From an uncultured Mycoplasmatota bacterium (lineage in GTDB: Bacteria > Bacillota_I > Bacilli_A > RF39 > UBA660), in NCBI GenBank assembly GCA_900551925.1, contig URXR01000002.1, forward strand, positions 1-40,391: DNA of 40,391 nt, written 5' to 3'. The position numbers and the translations under genes were made by a program. Below the pieces are notes generated by a model. The model saw only the letters and a program-made list of their open reading frames with translations, did not search any database and was not told the DNA's origin. Of this stretch, positions 33,214-40,391 are shown piece after piece. Positions within the stretch are counted from its first letter, which is position 1. Every line of letters starts with the position of its first letter.

Positions 33214-33572
33214 CTTGACAAAAAAGTGTAAATTATTACTAAAAAGTAAAAAAATCGAAAAAATTTAAAAAAAACTATTGCCAAAATAAAAAATAGCTGC
33301 TATATTTAAATCACTTAGTAGCATACAGAGCGTGTATATAGTAAATAATTTATGCAAATTTATTATTTATTATCTCTTTTCATATTTTTATATATGAAGT
33401 TGCTCTCAATCATTTATTATTTATTATAATATGTTATGATATTTAATATTTGAGTTTTATGAATGCCTACTTGTAGGTCTTATTGGCTACTAGGTATATG
33501 ATCATATGGAGAAAGAAAACTCCGAAATAAGCATTTCATATTATGACTAAAATATGAATTGATTCAAACTAG

Positions 33573-33602
33573 GGTAACGACTTGTCAACGTTATCTTTTT
33601 TT
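33573..33602 (+). terminator. intrinsic terminator inside the pepV-CYTH intergenic region
   Basis: GGTAACG / CGTTATC stem followed by T7. It lies 68 nt upstream of ATG 33670. Confidence 0.6.
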
Positions 33603-33669
33603 GTGCTAAAAAATCTAAATCTAGTAATAATATAAATCATATATTATAATTATCGTAAAGGAGAAAATT

Positions 33670-34227
33670 ATGGAAAAAGAAATAGAGATAAGATTATTAG
33701 AAATAGATAAAGAAAAATTTATAAACAATATAACAAAATGTGGTGCTAAAAAGATTGATTCATATTTGCAAAGAAGATATGTTTACGATTTTAATCCTAC
33801 AAAGGAAAATAAGTGGCTTAGACTTAGAACTAATGGTAAGAAAACAACTCTTACTATTAAAGAGTTAACTGATAACAAAAAAATAGATGGTACTTTAGAA
33901 TTAGAAGTTATAACCTCAGATTTTGATAAAACTAATAATATTCTAGAAGAATTAGGATATTTTAACCGAAACTATCAAGAAAATTACCGAGAATTATATA
34001 TCTTAGATGATGTAGAAATTTCTATTGATTCTTGGCCTTTAATTCCTACCTATGTGGAATTTGAAGCAAAAAAATAAGAAGACATCTATAAAGTTTTAGA
34101 AAAAATAGATTATGACAAAGATAAACTAACTACCTTAGATGTTACCTCTATTTATGAAGAAATATATAGTATAAATGTAATGAATATTAAAAATTTGAAA
34201 TTTGCTGATAAAGCTGATAAAAGTTAA
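33670..34227 (+). pseudogene. CYTH-domain (CyaB/ThTPase-like triphosphate tunnel) protein interrupted by an in-frame TAA at 34075-34077
   Basis: N-terminal EIEIRLLEID (ExExK-type motif). After EFEAKK-TAA the same frame stays open for 49 more codons (EDIYKVLEKIDYDKDKLTTLDVTSIYEEIY...), which looks like the usual C-terminal part of the domain. Confidence 0.7.
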
Positions 34228-34238
34228 ATTAAAAAATA

Positions 34239-35450
34239 CTATTTCTGATTTAAATAACTATTAAGTAAATCCTTATATTTTTTTACTCCTGGTTGATCAA
34301 AAGGATTAACTTTAAAAAGATACGAACTAACAAAAGCACTCATCATAAAAAACATCATAAGCTGTCCTAAATAATATTCATTTAACTTTTTAAAGCTTAT
34401 AATAAGCGACGGACAATTGTTCTCTAAATGAGAAGTAGCAACACTTTTTTTAATTAATTCAATTATTTCTGTTAACGTTTTACGATATTTTTCTATTTTA
34501 AATGATTTGGTTTTAGAAATAGAAATTACAGTTTCAAATAATATAGGATTTCCTTCCTGAATAAATTGTCCAAGGGAATGCAAATCTTTAGTATACATAA
34601 GTTTAACAGGAAGAATTCCTTTTTTATTTTTACCTTCTGATTCTGCTAAAACTTGTTTTATCCATTCGGTTAAATTAGATAATTTTCCTTCACATATTAC
34701 AAGCCCTTCTACAAACTTATTTTTTCTAAAAAATATATTTCTAAAAGTAGCATATTTAAAAGCCTCTTCTACATAACTTTTTCCTTTCAAACCGCCTCTT
34801 AAAAAAGTTTTAATATCTAAATTAGCAATTGCCATAGGAAAAAGAGTAACTGGAGTAAAAATAGAATATCTACCACCAATTTCCTCTGGGATATAGAGTT
34901 TTTTAAAACCATATTTTTTGGCATAATTATTAAGAATTCCGTTATTAGTGCCTGTTGTAATTACAATTCTTTTTCTTATTTCCTCATCGTTATATTTAGT
35001 TTCCATTAAATCTTTTATAAACTCAAATACTAATAAAGTTTCCATCGTATTACCAGATTTAGATATTACATTTATACTAAAGTCTTTATTCAGTATATAT
35101 TCTTTTAAATCAAGTAAATATTCACTAGATAAATTATCTCCTACAAAAATTATTTCTGGAGTATCATCCTTAAAATAAGGTGTAAGAGCACTAATTATGC
35201 CTTTAGCACTATTACTAGAACCTCCAATTCCTACGATTAATATTACATCACTATTTTTTCTAAAGTAAGAAGCTAAATCACTAATTTGCTTAATTTCATA
35301 ATCATTAATATAACTACCAATGTTATACCAATCCAAATTATCATCAACATTAGAAAAGCCCTTTTTTATTTCACTTTCTTTTTTTGAATATTCAACTAAA
35401 TCCTCCTTATCTATTAAATTTTTAGTATAAGAATTAAAATCAAATTTCAT
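34239..35450 (-). CDS. pgi: glucose-6-phosphate isomerase
   Basis: VGIGGSSNSAKG, ISKSGNTMET, GGRYSIFT and FDQPGVKKYK are the PGI SIS-domain signatures. Confidence 0.9.
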   Translation of the reverse strand: MKFDFNSYTKNLIDKEDLVEYSKKESEIKKGFSNVDDNLDWYNIGSYINDYEIKQISDLASYFRKNSDVILIVGIGGSSNSAKGIISALTPYFKDDTPEIIFVGDNLSSEYLLDLKEYILNKDFSINVISKSGNTMETLLVFEFIKDLMETKYNDEEIRKRIVITTGTNNGILNNYAKKYGFKKLYIPEEIGGRYSIFTPVTLFPMAIANLDIKTFLRGGLKGKSYVEEAFKYATFRNIFFRKNKFVEGLVICEGKLSNLTEWIKQVLAESEGKNKKGILPVKLMYTKDLHSLGQFIQEGNPILFETVISISKTKSFKIEKYRKTLTEIIELIKKSVATSHLENNCPSLIISFKKLNEYYLGQLMMFFMMSAFVSSYLFKVNPFDQPGVKKYKDLLNSYLNQK

Positions 35451-35576
35451 TTTTCACCTCATTTAAACTAATTACTAAATTATACGTTTAAAGAAGATAA
35501 TATATTATTAAATTAAAATACCCTCCAAAGTTATGACAAAAAATTATTATATCCTATTTATTGGAAAAGGTTATCA

Positions 35577-35605
35577 TTGACAAATTTTGTAATTTGTGGT
35601 AAAAT
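35577..35605 (+). promoter_or_regulatory. strong sigma-A-like promoter with extended -10 (TTGACA-17 nt incl. TGg-TAAAAT)
   Basis: Consensus -35 at 35577-35582, TG at 35597-35598, and -10 at 35600-35605. Confidence 0.65.
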
Positions 35606-35743
35606 ATAGCCCATAAAAAAAGGGAGGTAATGCATTTATATAATCGAGATAAGGAAAGTAGTGTTCAAATTGATGTGTTATGATTTAATCAATGGATATT
35701 TTAATAACAAAAATCTTTATAATGAAAAGGAGAGTTTGATAAA

Positions 35744-36163
35744 ATGCAATTAAAAACTAGATTTGATGTTTTTTGTGAAGTTTATTACGATGATATAATT
35801 AAAATAATGTTTCATGAATATAACATAGGTTTTGAAAAAAGTAAAAATATGAATTCATTTGAGAAGCAACAAATTTTTAATGAAATAGCTTTAAAGCTAT
35901 TTAAAGCAGCAACACCCTCTCAAATTGAAGAAATTGATAAAAAAGTGGAAGAAACAAATAAGCTACTAATTGAATATGAGGATGAGTGCAAAGAAATAAG
36001 AAAAACAATAGAACAAAAACGTATAGAAACACCGGAACAGCAAGAGAAAGCAAGAGAAAATGCAGCTTGGATTAAAAAAAATATTAAATTAGAAGATGAA
36101 GATGAACAATTAGATCAGGAAAGTGGTTTAGAAAAACTATATATATGGCATTTTCGTTACTGA
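35744..36163 (+). CDS. hypothetical coiled-coil-rich protein; probably the N-terminal part of a longer gene whose remainder is open in another frame to 36370
   Basis: RBS AAAGGAGAG. The frame starting at 36132 is open for 79 codons with no start codon, and overlaps the end of this ORF at a (TA)4 repeat. Confidence 0.55.
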   Translation: MQLKTRFDVFCEVYYDDIIKIMFHEYNIGFEKSKNMNSFEKQQIFNEIALKLFKAATPSQIEEIDKKVEETNKLLIEYEDECKEIRKTIEQKRIETPEQQEKARENAAWIKKNIKLEDEDEQLDQESGLEKLYIWHFRY

Positions 36164-36492
36164 TTATATACTTGAACCTGAATATATAGGATATCTTTAC
36201 GATGTTTCTAGTTTAACTCAAAGTGTTAGTGCAGATGAAGAATTAGAAGCAATAAGAATTTATAAGAAAAGACAATCTATAGAAACAAAAAAGCTTGTAG
36301 GCAAATATAATATGCTTGAACAACAAGTTAAAAACAAACAAAAAGTAAGAAATGCAGTTAGAAACAATTAATAACTGCTTTTAATTTGTGATAATGCTTG
36401 AGTATTAAATAATTCCATCATTTAAAATATACTAAACCTATTATTTTATTTGTTATCACTAATACATAAAATTTTTGCTAAGTAGTCCAGAT

Positions 36493-36521
36493 AGTAAAAA
36501 TATAAATAGTTTTACTTTTTT
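36493..36521 (+). terminator. intrinsic terminator downstream of the split hypothetical gene
   Basis: AGTAAAA / TTTTACT stem with a 10-nt loop, followed by a T-run. Confidence 0.5.
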
Positions 36522-36573
36522 ATTTTTCAATATTATAATAATATTATTATATTATTAAAAAGGAGCCAATATT

Positions 36574-37182
36574 ATGACAGATTATACCATATTAGTAAAT
36601 AAAGAAAATTTACTTGATAGAAATTATATACCTAATGATTTAGTGATCACTGATGAAAATGAAAATAATTTTCATATGTTTATAGACCCTAATTCAAAAC
36701 CAATGGTCAGTAATACTATTATTCCTTATTTCCAAGCTTTACAAAAAGCTGCTAAGAAAGCAGGACTCAAAGATATCATTATTGACAGTGGGTATCGATC
36801 TTTCGATTATCAACAAAAGGTATTAGAAGATTTTATTTTGAAAGTAGGATATGAAAATGCTGTTAAAAGAGTGGCTATCCCAGGATCTAGCGAACATCAA
36901 ACAGGACTTGCATTTGACATCGCTTATATTAATAACAAAGGAATTTTTGAAGAACCTACAGAAGATGATTTAGAAATCAAATGGTTACAAGAAAATAGTT
37001 ACAAATTTGGTTTTATTCTAAGATACCCTAAAAATAAAGAAAATATTACAGGATACCAATATGAACCATGGCATTATAGGTTTGTTGGTGTAGAGCTTGC
37101 CACAATTTTATATAATCAAGAAATAACTTTAGAAGAATATTATGAGAGATTAAAAAATAATAACATATCTAAAAAGTTATAA
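36574..37182 (+). CDS. M15B-family D-alanyl-D-alanine carboxypeptidase (VanY/LdcB-like); no signal peptide visible
   Basis: SGYRSFDYQ, PGSSEHQTGLAFDI and EPWHYRFVG are the VanY zinc-peptidase motifs. RBS AAAGGAG. Confidence 0.85.
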   Translation: MTDYTILVNKENLLDRNYIPNDLVITDENENNFHMFIDPNSKPMVSNTIIPYFQALQKAAKKAGLKDIIIDSGYRSFDYQQKVLEDFILKVGYENAVKRVAIPGSSEHQTGLAFDIAYINNKGIFEEPTEDDLEIKWLQENSYKFGFILRYPKNKENITGYQYEPWHYRFVGVELATILYNQEITLEEYYERLKNNNISKKL

Positions 37183-37238
37183 TAAAATCCTACAAATATC
37201 TCATTTTATCAAGCATATATATTTTTTAGGTGAGCTAA

Positions 37239-39149
37239 ATGTTTGTAAAAAAAAATAATGAGAGAATTAAATTAGTTTTTATAATAGCAATATTATTATT
37301 TTTAATTATCTTTTTTAAAATAGTTTATGTTCAAACTGTCTCCTATGATAAACTTAGTACTTTATCAGATGATTTATGGAGTAGAGAGCTTCCAATAAGT
37401 GCTTCTCGTGGTAAAATTCTAGATAGAAATGGAGTAGTTTTGGCAGATAATATCACTATTACTAGTCTTGTCATTATTCCCAATCAAGTTAAAGAACCAG
37501 AAAAAGTAGCTAAAGTATTAAGTAATATTTTAAATACTGACTATGATGATATGTATGCTCATGTTACTAAAAATACTTCTATTGAAAGAGTTCATCCCGA
37601 AGGAAGAAATCTATCCTATGAAATAGCAGATGAAATAAACAGTTATAAATTTGATGGAGTATATGTAGTAAAAGAAGCCAAAAGATATTATCCAAATGGC
37701 AATATGCTATCTCATGTTTTAGGTTATACGGGTATAGACAATCAAGGACTTTCCGGAATAGAGCTTTTATATGATGATTATCTAACTGGAGAAGATGGTG
37801 CTATTAAGTACTATAGTGATGCGAAAGGCAACAAATTAGATATGGCTGAAGTTTATACTGAACCTGAAGCTGGACTAGATGTTATGCTTACTATTGATTA
37901 TGATATTCAAGTCTCTATCGAAAGAGAATTAGATAATATTGTTTCCAGTTTTTCTCCAGACCATGCTCTAGCAGTAGCAATGAACCCTAATACTGGCGAA
38001 ATACTAGCTATGAGTTCTAGACCAAATTTTGATCCCAACAATTATCAAAAATATGATGAAGAGACTCTAAATAGAAATCTTCCCATTTGGATGACCTACG
38101 AACCTGGTAGTACTTTTAAAATAATTACTACTGCTGCTGCAGTAGAAGAAGGAGTTGTAAATTTAGAAAAAGATGAATTCTATGATAGTGGCAGTGTCAC
38201 TGTAAGTGGTGTTAAGCTTAGATGTTGGAAAGCTGGAGGTCACGGTCATCAAACAATGCTCCAAGTTTTTGAAAATTCTTGTAACCCAGGTTTTGTCAAA
38301 ATGGGATTTTCTCTAGGCAAAGAAAAACTCTTTGATTACATAAATTTATTTGGCTTTGGAGAAAAAACAGGTATAGATTTAAATGGAGAAGGCGAAGGAA
38401 TTATTTTTGATGTAGAAGATGTTAAAGACCTAGAACTTGCAACGACTGCCTTTGGTCAAGGAGTAAGTGTAACTCCAATCCAACAAGTAACAGCAGTATC
38501 CTCAATAGTTAATGGCGGTTATTTATATAAACCCTATATCATGAAGAGCATTTTAGATAGTGAAACCAATAATGTCTTTACTAGTGGCGAAAAAGAACTA
38601 GTTAGAAAAACAATTAGTAAAAATACTTCAAATATATTAAAAATGGCCCTTGAAAGTGTTGTAGCAAATGGTGGAGGAAAAGTAACATATATCGATGGTT
38701 ACCGAGTTGGAGGAAAAACTGGAACAGCTCAAAAAGTAGAAAATGGTAGGTACTTAGAAAATAACTATATAATGAGTTTTATGGCAGTTCTCCCTAGTAA
38801 TGATCCAGAAATAGTTTTATATCTAGCCATCGATAATCCTAAAAAGACAGCGCTTTTATCAAGTTATACTACAACTCCTTTTGTTAGAAAAATTCTTCTT
38901 GATATTATTAACATCATGGATATCAAAAAGCAAGATAATCAAAAAGAAAAAGATTATGAATGGATGGATAAAAAATATTATGAAGTCCCAAATGTTATTG
39001 GTATGACTAAAGAAGAAGCTAAAAAATATTTAACAGGTTTTGAAATAGAATTTGTTGGAGATGGCGACATAGTAGTAGAACAAACCCCTGAGGCTAACAC
39101 TAGATATTATGAAACTGGTACTATCAAACTTCTTATGGGTAATAAATAA
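37239..39149 (+). CDS. class B penicillin-binding protein (PBP2B/SpoVD-type transpeptidase) with one C-terminal PASTA domain
   Basis: N-terminal TM helix, dimerisation domain, and GSTFK (SxxK), SCN (SxN) and KTGTA motifs. The C-terminal YEVPNVIGMTKEEAKKYL...IVVEQTP is PASTA. It lies upstream of mraY. Confidence 0.9.
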   Translation: MFVKKNNERIKLVFIIAILLFLIIFFKIVYVQTVSYDKLSTLSDDLWSRELPISASRGKILDRNGVVLADNITITSLVIIPNQVKEPEKVAKVLSNILNTDYDDMYAHVTKNTSIERVHPEGRNLSYEIADEINSYKFDGVYVVKEAKRYYPNGNMLSHVLGYTGIDNQGLSGIELLYDDYLTGEDGAIKYYSDAKGNKLDMAEVYTEPEAGLDVMLTIDYDIQVSIERELDNIVSSFSPDHALAVAMNPNTGEILAMSSRPNFDPNNYQKYDEETLNRNLPIWMTYEPGSTFKIITTAAAVEEGVVNLEKDEFYDSGSVTVSGVKLRCWKAGGHGHQTMLQVFENSCNPGFVKMGFSLGKEKLFDYINLFGFGEKTGIDLNGEGEGIIFDVEDVKDLELATTAFGQGVSVTPIQQVTAVSSIVNGGYLYKPYIMKSILDSETNNVFTSGEKELVRKTISKNTSNILKMALESVVANGGGKVTYIDGYRVGGKTGTAQKVENGRYLENNYIMSFMAVLPSNDPEIVLYLAIDNPKKTALLSSYTTTPFVRKILLDIINIMDIKKQDNQKEKDYEWMDKKYYEVPNVIGMTKEEAKKYLTGFEIEFVGDGDIVVEQTPEANTRYYETGTIKLLMGNK

Positions 39150-39233
39150 TGTAAATTATTAGTAAAATTCTAAAAAAATCTAGTAGCATAAAAAAAAGTG
39201 TAGTATAATTGACCATAGAACGAGGTGTGTAAT

Positions 39234-40214
39234 ATGTTAATTTTAACTAAATCAATTTTATCTATTATGATAGGATTTATAGCCGCAGTTGTAATAGGAC
39301 TTATTCTAATCCCACTATTAAAAAGAATAAATTTTGGACAAAGAATAAGTGAATATGTCGGAGAATCACATCGAAAAAAAGAAGGTACCCCTACAATGGG
39401 AGGAATAATATTTATTGTTCCAACAATTTTAGCTATCTTTTTTTTAGTTTTTGATGGCAGGCTCGAGATGACCTATAATTTATTAATTATCATGATTGTC
39501 TTTGTGCTATATGCCTTTTTAGGATTCTTAGATGATTTTTTAAGTATCAAACGAGGCAAAAACGAAGGATTAACTGTTATTCAAAAGTTTATAGGACAAA
39601 TAATAATAGCAGTGATATTCTTTGCTATTTATATGAAATATAATGGTAATACTGTTTTTTCAATAAGTACTTTAGGTATACATGTTGATTTAGGTTGGTT
39701 TTACGGAGTATTAATACTAATCTTACTAGTAGGCTTTTCTAATGCTGTAAATCTAACTGATGGACTAGATGGTTTAGTCGGAGGGTTAAGCGCTATAGCT
39801 TTCATTGCTTTTGCCCTTATTTCTCTATTCATTGGAAAAGAAGATGTTGGTATATTTTGTTTTGTACTAACCGGGGCTTTAGCAGGTTTCTTAATGTTTA
39901 ATGCCTACCCGGCTAGAGTTTTTATGGGAGATACTGGGTCCCTCGCTCTAGGAGCAGTTCTAGCCACTGTAGCACTTCTAACCAGAAGAGAAATAACTTT
40001 ATTTGTTATTGGGCTTGTTTTCTGTTTAGAAACTTTAAGTGTAATGATTCAAGTATTTTGGTATAAGTTAAAAGGCAAACGAATATTCTTAATGACCCCA
40101 ATCCATCATCACTTTGAAAAAAGTGGATATGAAGAACCAGATATTGTTAAAGGGTTCTGGTTAGTAGGAATAATTTGTGCTGTACTAGGAATATTTTTTG
40201 CAGTTTGGATATAA
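39234..40214 (+). CDS. mraY: phospho-N-acetylmuramoyl-pentapeptide transferase MraY
   Basis: PTMGGIIF, DDFLSI, NAVNLTDGLDGL, FMGDTGSLALG and PIHHHFE motifs. The start is set at ATG 39234, 7 nt after GAGGTG. Confidence 0.95.
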   Translation: MLILTKSILSIMIGFIAAVVIGLILIPLLKRINFGQRISEYVGESHRKKEGTPTMGGIIFIVPTILAIFFLVFDGRLEMTYNLLIIMIVFVLYAFLGFLDDFLSIKRGKNEGLTVIQKFIGQIIIAVIFFAIYMKYNGNTVFSISTLGIHVDLGWFYGVLILILLVGFSNAVNLTDGLDGLVGGLSAIAFIAFALISLFIGKEDVGIFCFVLTGALAGFLMFNAYPARVFMGDTGSLALGAVLATVALLTRREITLFVIGLVFCLETLSVMIQVFWYKLKGKRIFLMTPIHHHFEKSGYEEPDIVKGFWLVGIICAVLGIFFAVWI

Positions 40215-40239
40215 AGTGTCAAAGCACTTTATATTTTTT
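40213..40239 (+). terminator. intrinsic terminator of mraY
   Basis: AAAGTG / CACTTT stem followed by ATATTTTTT. Confidence 0.55.
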
Positions 40240-40240
40240 A

Positions 40241-40269
40241 TTGCAATAAATATAAAATTTTTGTATAAT
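40241..40269 (+). promoter_or_regulatory. sigma-A-like promoter (TTGCAA-17 nt-TATAAT) of the second orphaned leader
   Basis: Its position relative to the leader ATG is about the same as the promoter at 13570-13598 (about 35-37 nt from the -10 to the ATG). Confidence 0.55.
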
Positions 40270-40306
40270 TAAAATGTATAAAAACTAAAGAAAGTAGTGA
40301 GAAAAT

Positions 40307-40344
40307 ATGAAAGAAAATAAAAAGCAAACTACCAAGGGGAGTTA
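40307..40344 (+). pseudogene. second 12-codon leader fragment (MKENKKQTTKGS), paralogous to 13634..13671 and again cut by the IS
   Basis: The upstream AGAAAGTAGTGAGAAA element, length and terminal AAGGGGAGTTA are the same as in the first leader. There are 6 nt differences, in 4 of the 12 codons. Confidence 0.6.
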
Positions 40345-40391
40345 TGTCAATATTTGGTACAACATTTTGAGGGGGTTTTAGAAGAAATTTG
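40345..40391 (-). mobile_element. first 47 bp (orfB-proximal end) of a second copy of the same IS3-family element, truncated by the window edge
   Basis: 47/47 identical to 13672..13718 (TGTCAATATTTGGTACAACATTTTGAGGGGGTTTTAGAAGAAATTTG). Confidence 0.85.

Noticed and set aside
33560-33602. T-box riboswitch (AAACTAGGGTAACG resembles the start of the T-box AAnnnGGGTGGTACCGCG)
   Set aside because: The conserved GGTGGTACCGCG core is absent. I could not identify a specifier loop or antiterminator alternative. The downstream gene (CYTH) is not an amino-acid-related gene.
34075-34077. In-frame TAA as a sign of a reassigned stop codon or alternative genetic code
   Set aside because: TAA terminates most well-supported genes in this window at positions consistent with their families. 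TGA and TAG also act as stops, and Trp is TGG. A single nonsense change is the simpler explanation.
18200-35178. Other antisense track ORFs: 18200..18403, 21430..21726, 21832..22068, 25777..25995, 29054..29272, 32103..32315, 34948..35178
   Set aside because: Each is fully embedded antisense in a gene with clear family motifs, and none has a Shine-Dalgarno sequence.
13672-40391. The two direct-orientation IS copies as the ends of a 26.7-kb composite transposon
   Set aside because: The interval holds conserved single-copy housekeeping genes (hup, cca, dnaD, nth, pgi, PBP, mraY) in Bacillus-like order. Both IS copies sit in paralogous target sites, so these are independent insertions and not a mobile cassette.
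1-40391. CRISPR arrays, rRNA genes, prophage or integrative element, and defence-system gene pairs
   Set aside because: No regularly spaced direct repeats, no rRNA-like sequence, and no integrase, recombinase, terminase, capsid or restriction-type motif were seen. The only recombinase is the IS3 transposase.

Overview
AT-rich (roughly 70% A+T by eye) chromosomal segment of a low-GC Bacillota-type bacterium using the standard code: TAA, TAG and TGA all close ORFs and Trp is TGG. Most genes are plus-strand housekeeping genes in Bacillus-like syntenic blocks. These are tsaD (3' end) followed by tRNA-Ile/Asn/Glu; ireB-ruvX-DUF1292-mltG-trmR-U32-U32-greA-rhomboid; ferredoxin; yunB-yutD; hup-cca-dnaD-nth; tRNA-Cys; CBS-type family II pyrophosphatase and pepV; pgi; and VanY-like carboxypeptidase, class B PBP and mraY. 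yunB and a SpoVD-like PBP suggest a spore former. Accessory cell-surface loci sit between these blocks: an M23/SH3 peptidase, a roughly 1150-aa sortase-type mosaic adhesin, a multi-SH3 glucosaminidase with a cohesin/cadherin-like partner, and an orphan amidoligase. The part most worth a second look is a pair of paralogous surface proteins carrying an ALK/LTK-type glycine-rich domain, both associated with simple-sequence or IS-mediated switching features. (1) The adhesin gene is split at an A7 run that is also a canonical A-AAA-AAA -1 slippery heptamer. (2) The second gene is separated from its own promoter and 12-codon leader by an IS3-family element, and removing exactly the IS restores the frame. 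It also carries a G10 tract at codons 2-4 of the remaining ORF. (3) A second copy of the same IS begins at the window's right edge, at the same codon of a diverged copy of the same promoter and leader. Further oddities are an in-frame TAA inside a CYTH gene, an ORF split at a (TA)4 repeat, a roughly 49% G+C orphan intergenic island with a tiny SD-preceded ORF, and a 456-bp non-coding gap with its own terminator. No CRISPR array, rRNA gene or clear prophage was seen. All product calls rest on remembered family motifs, not on database searches.
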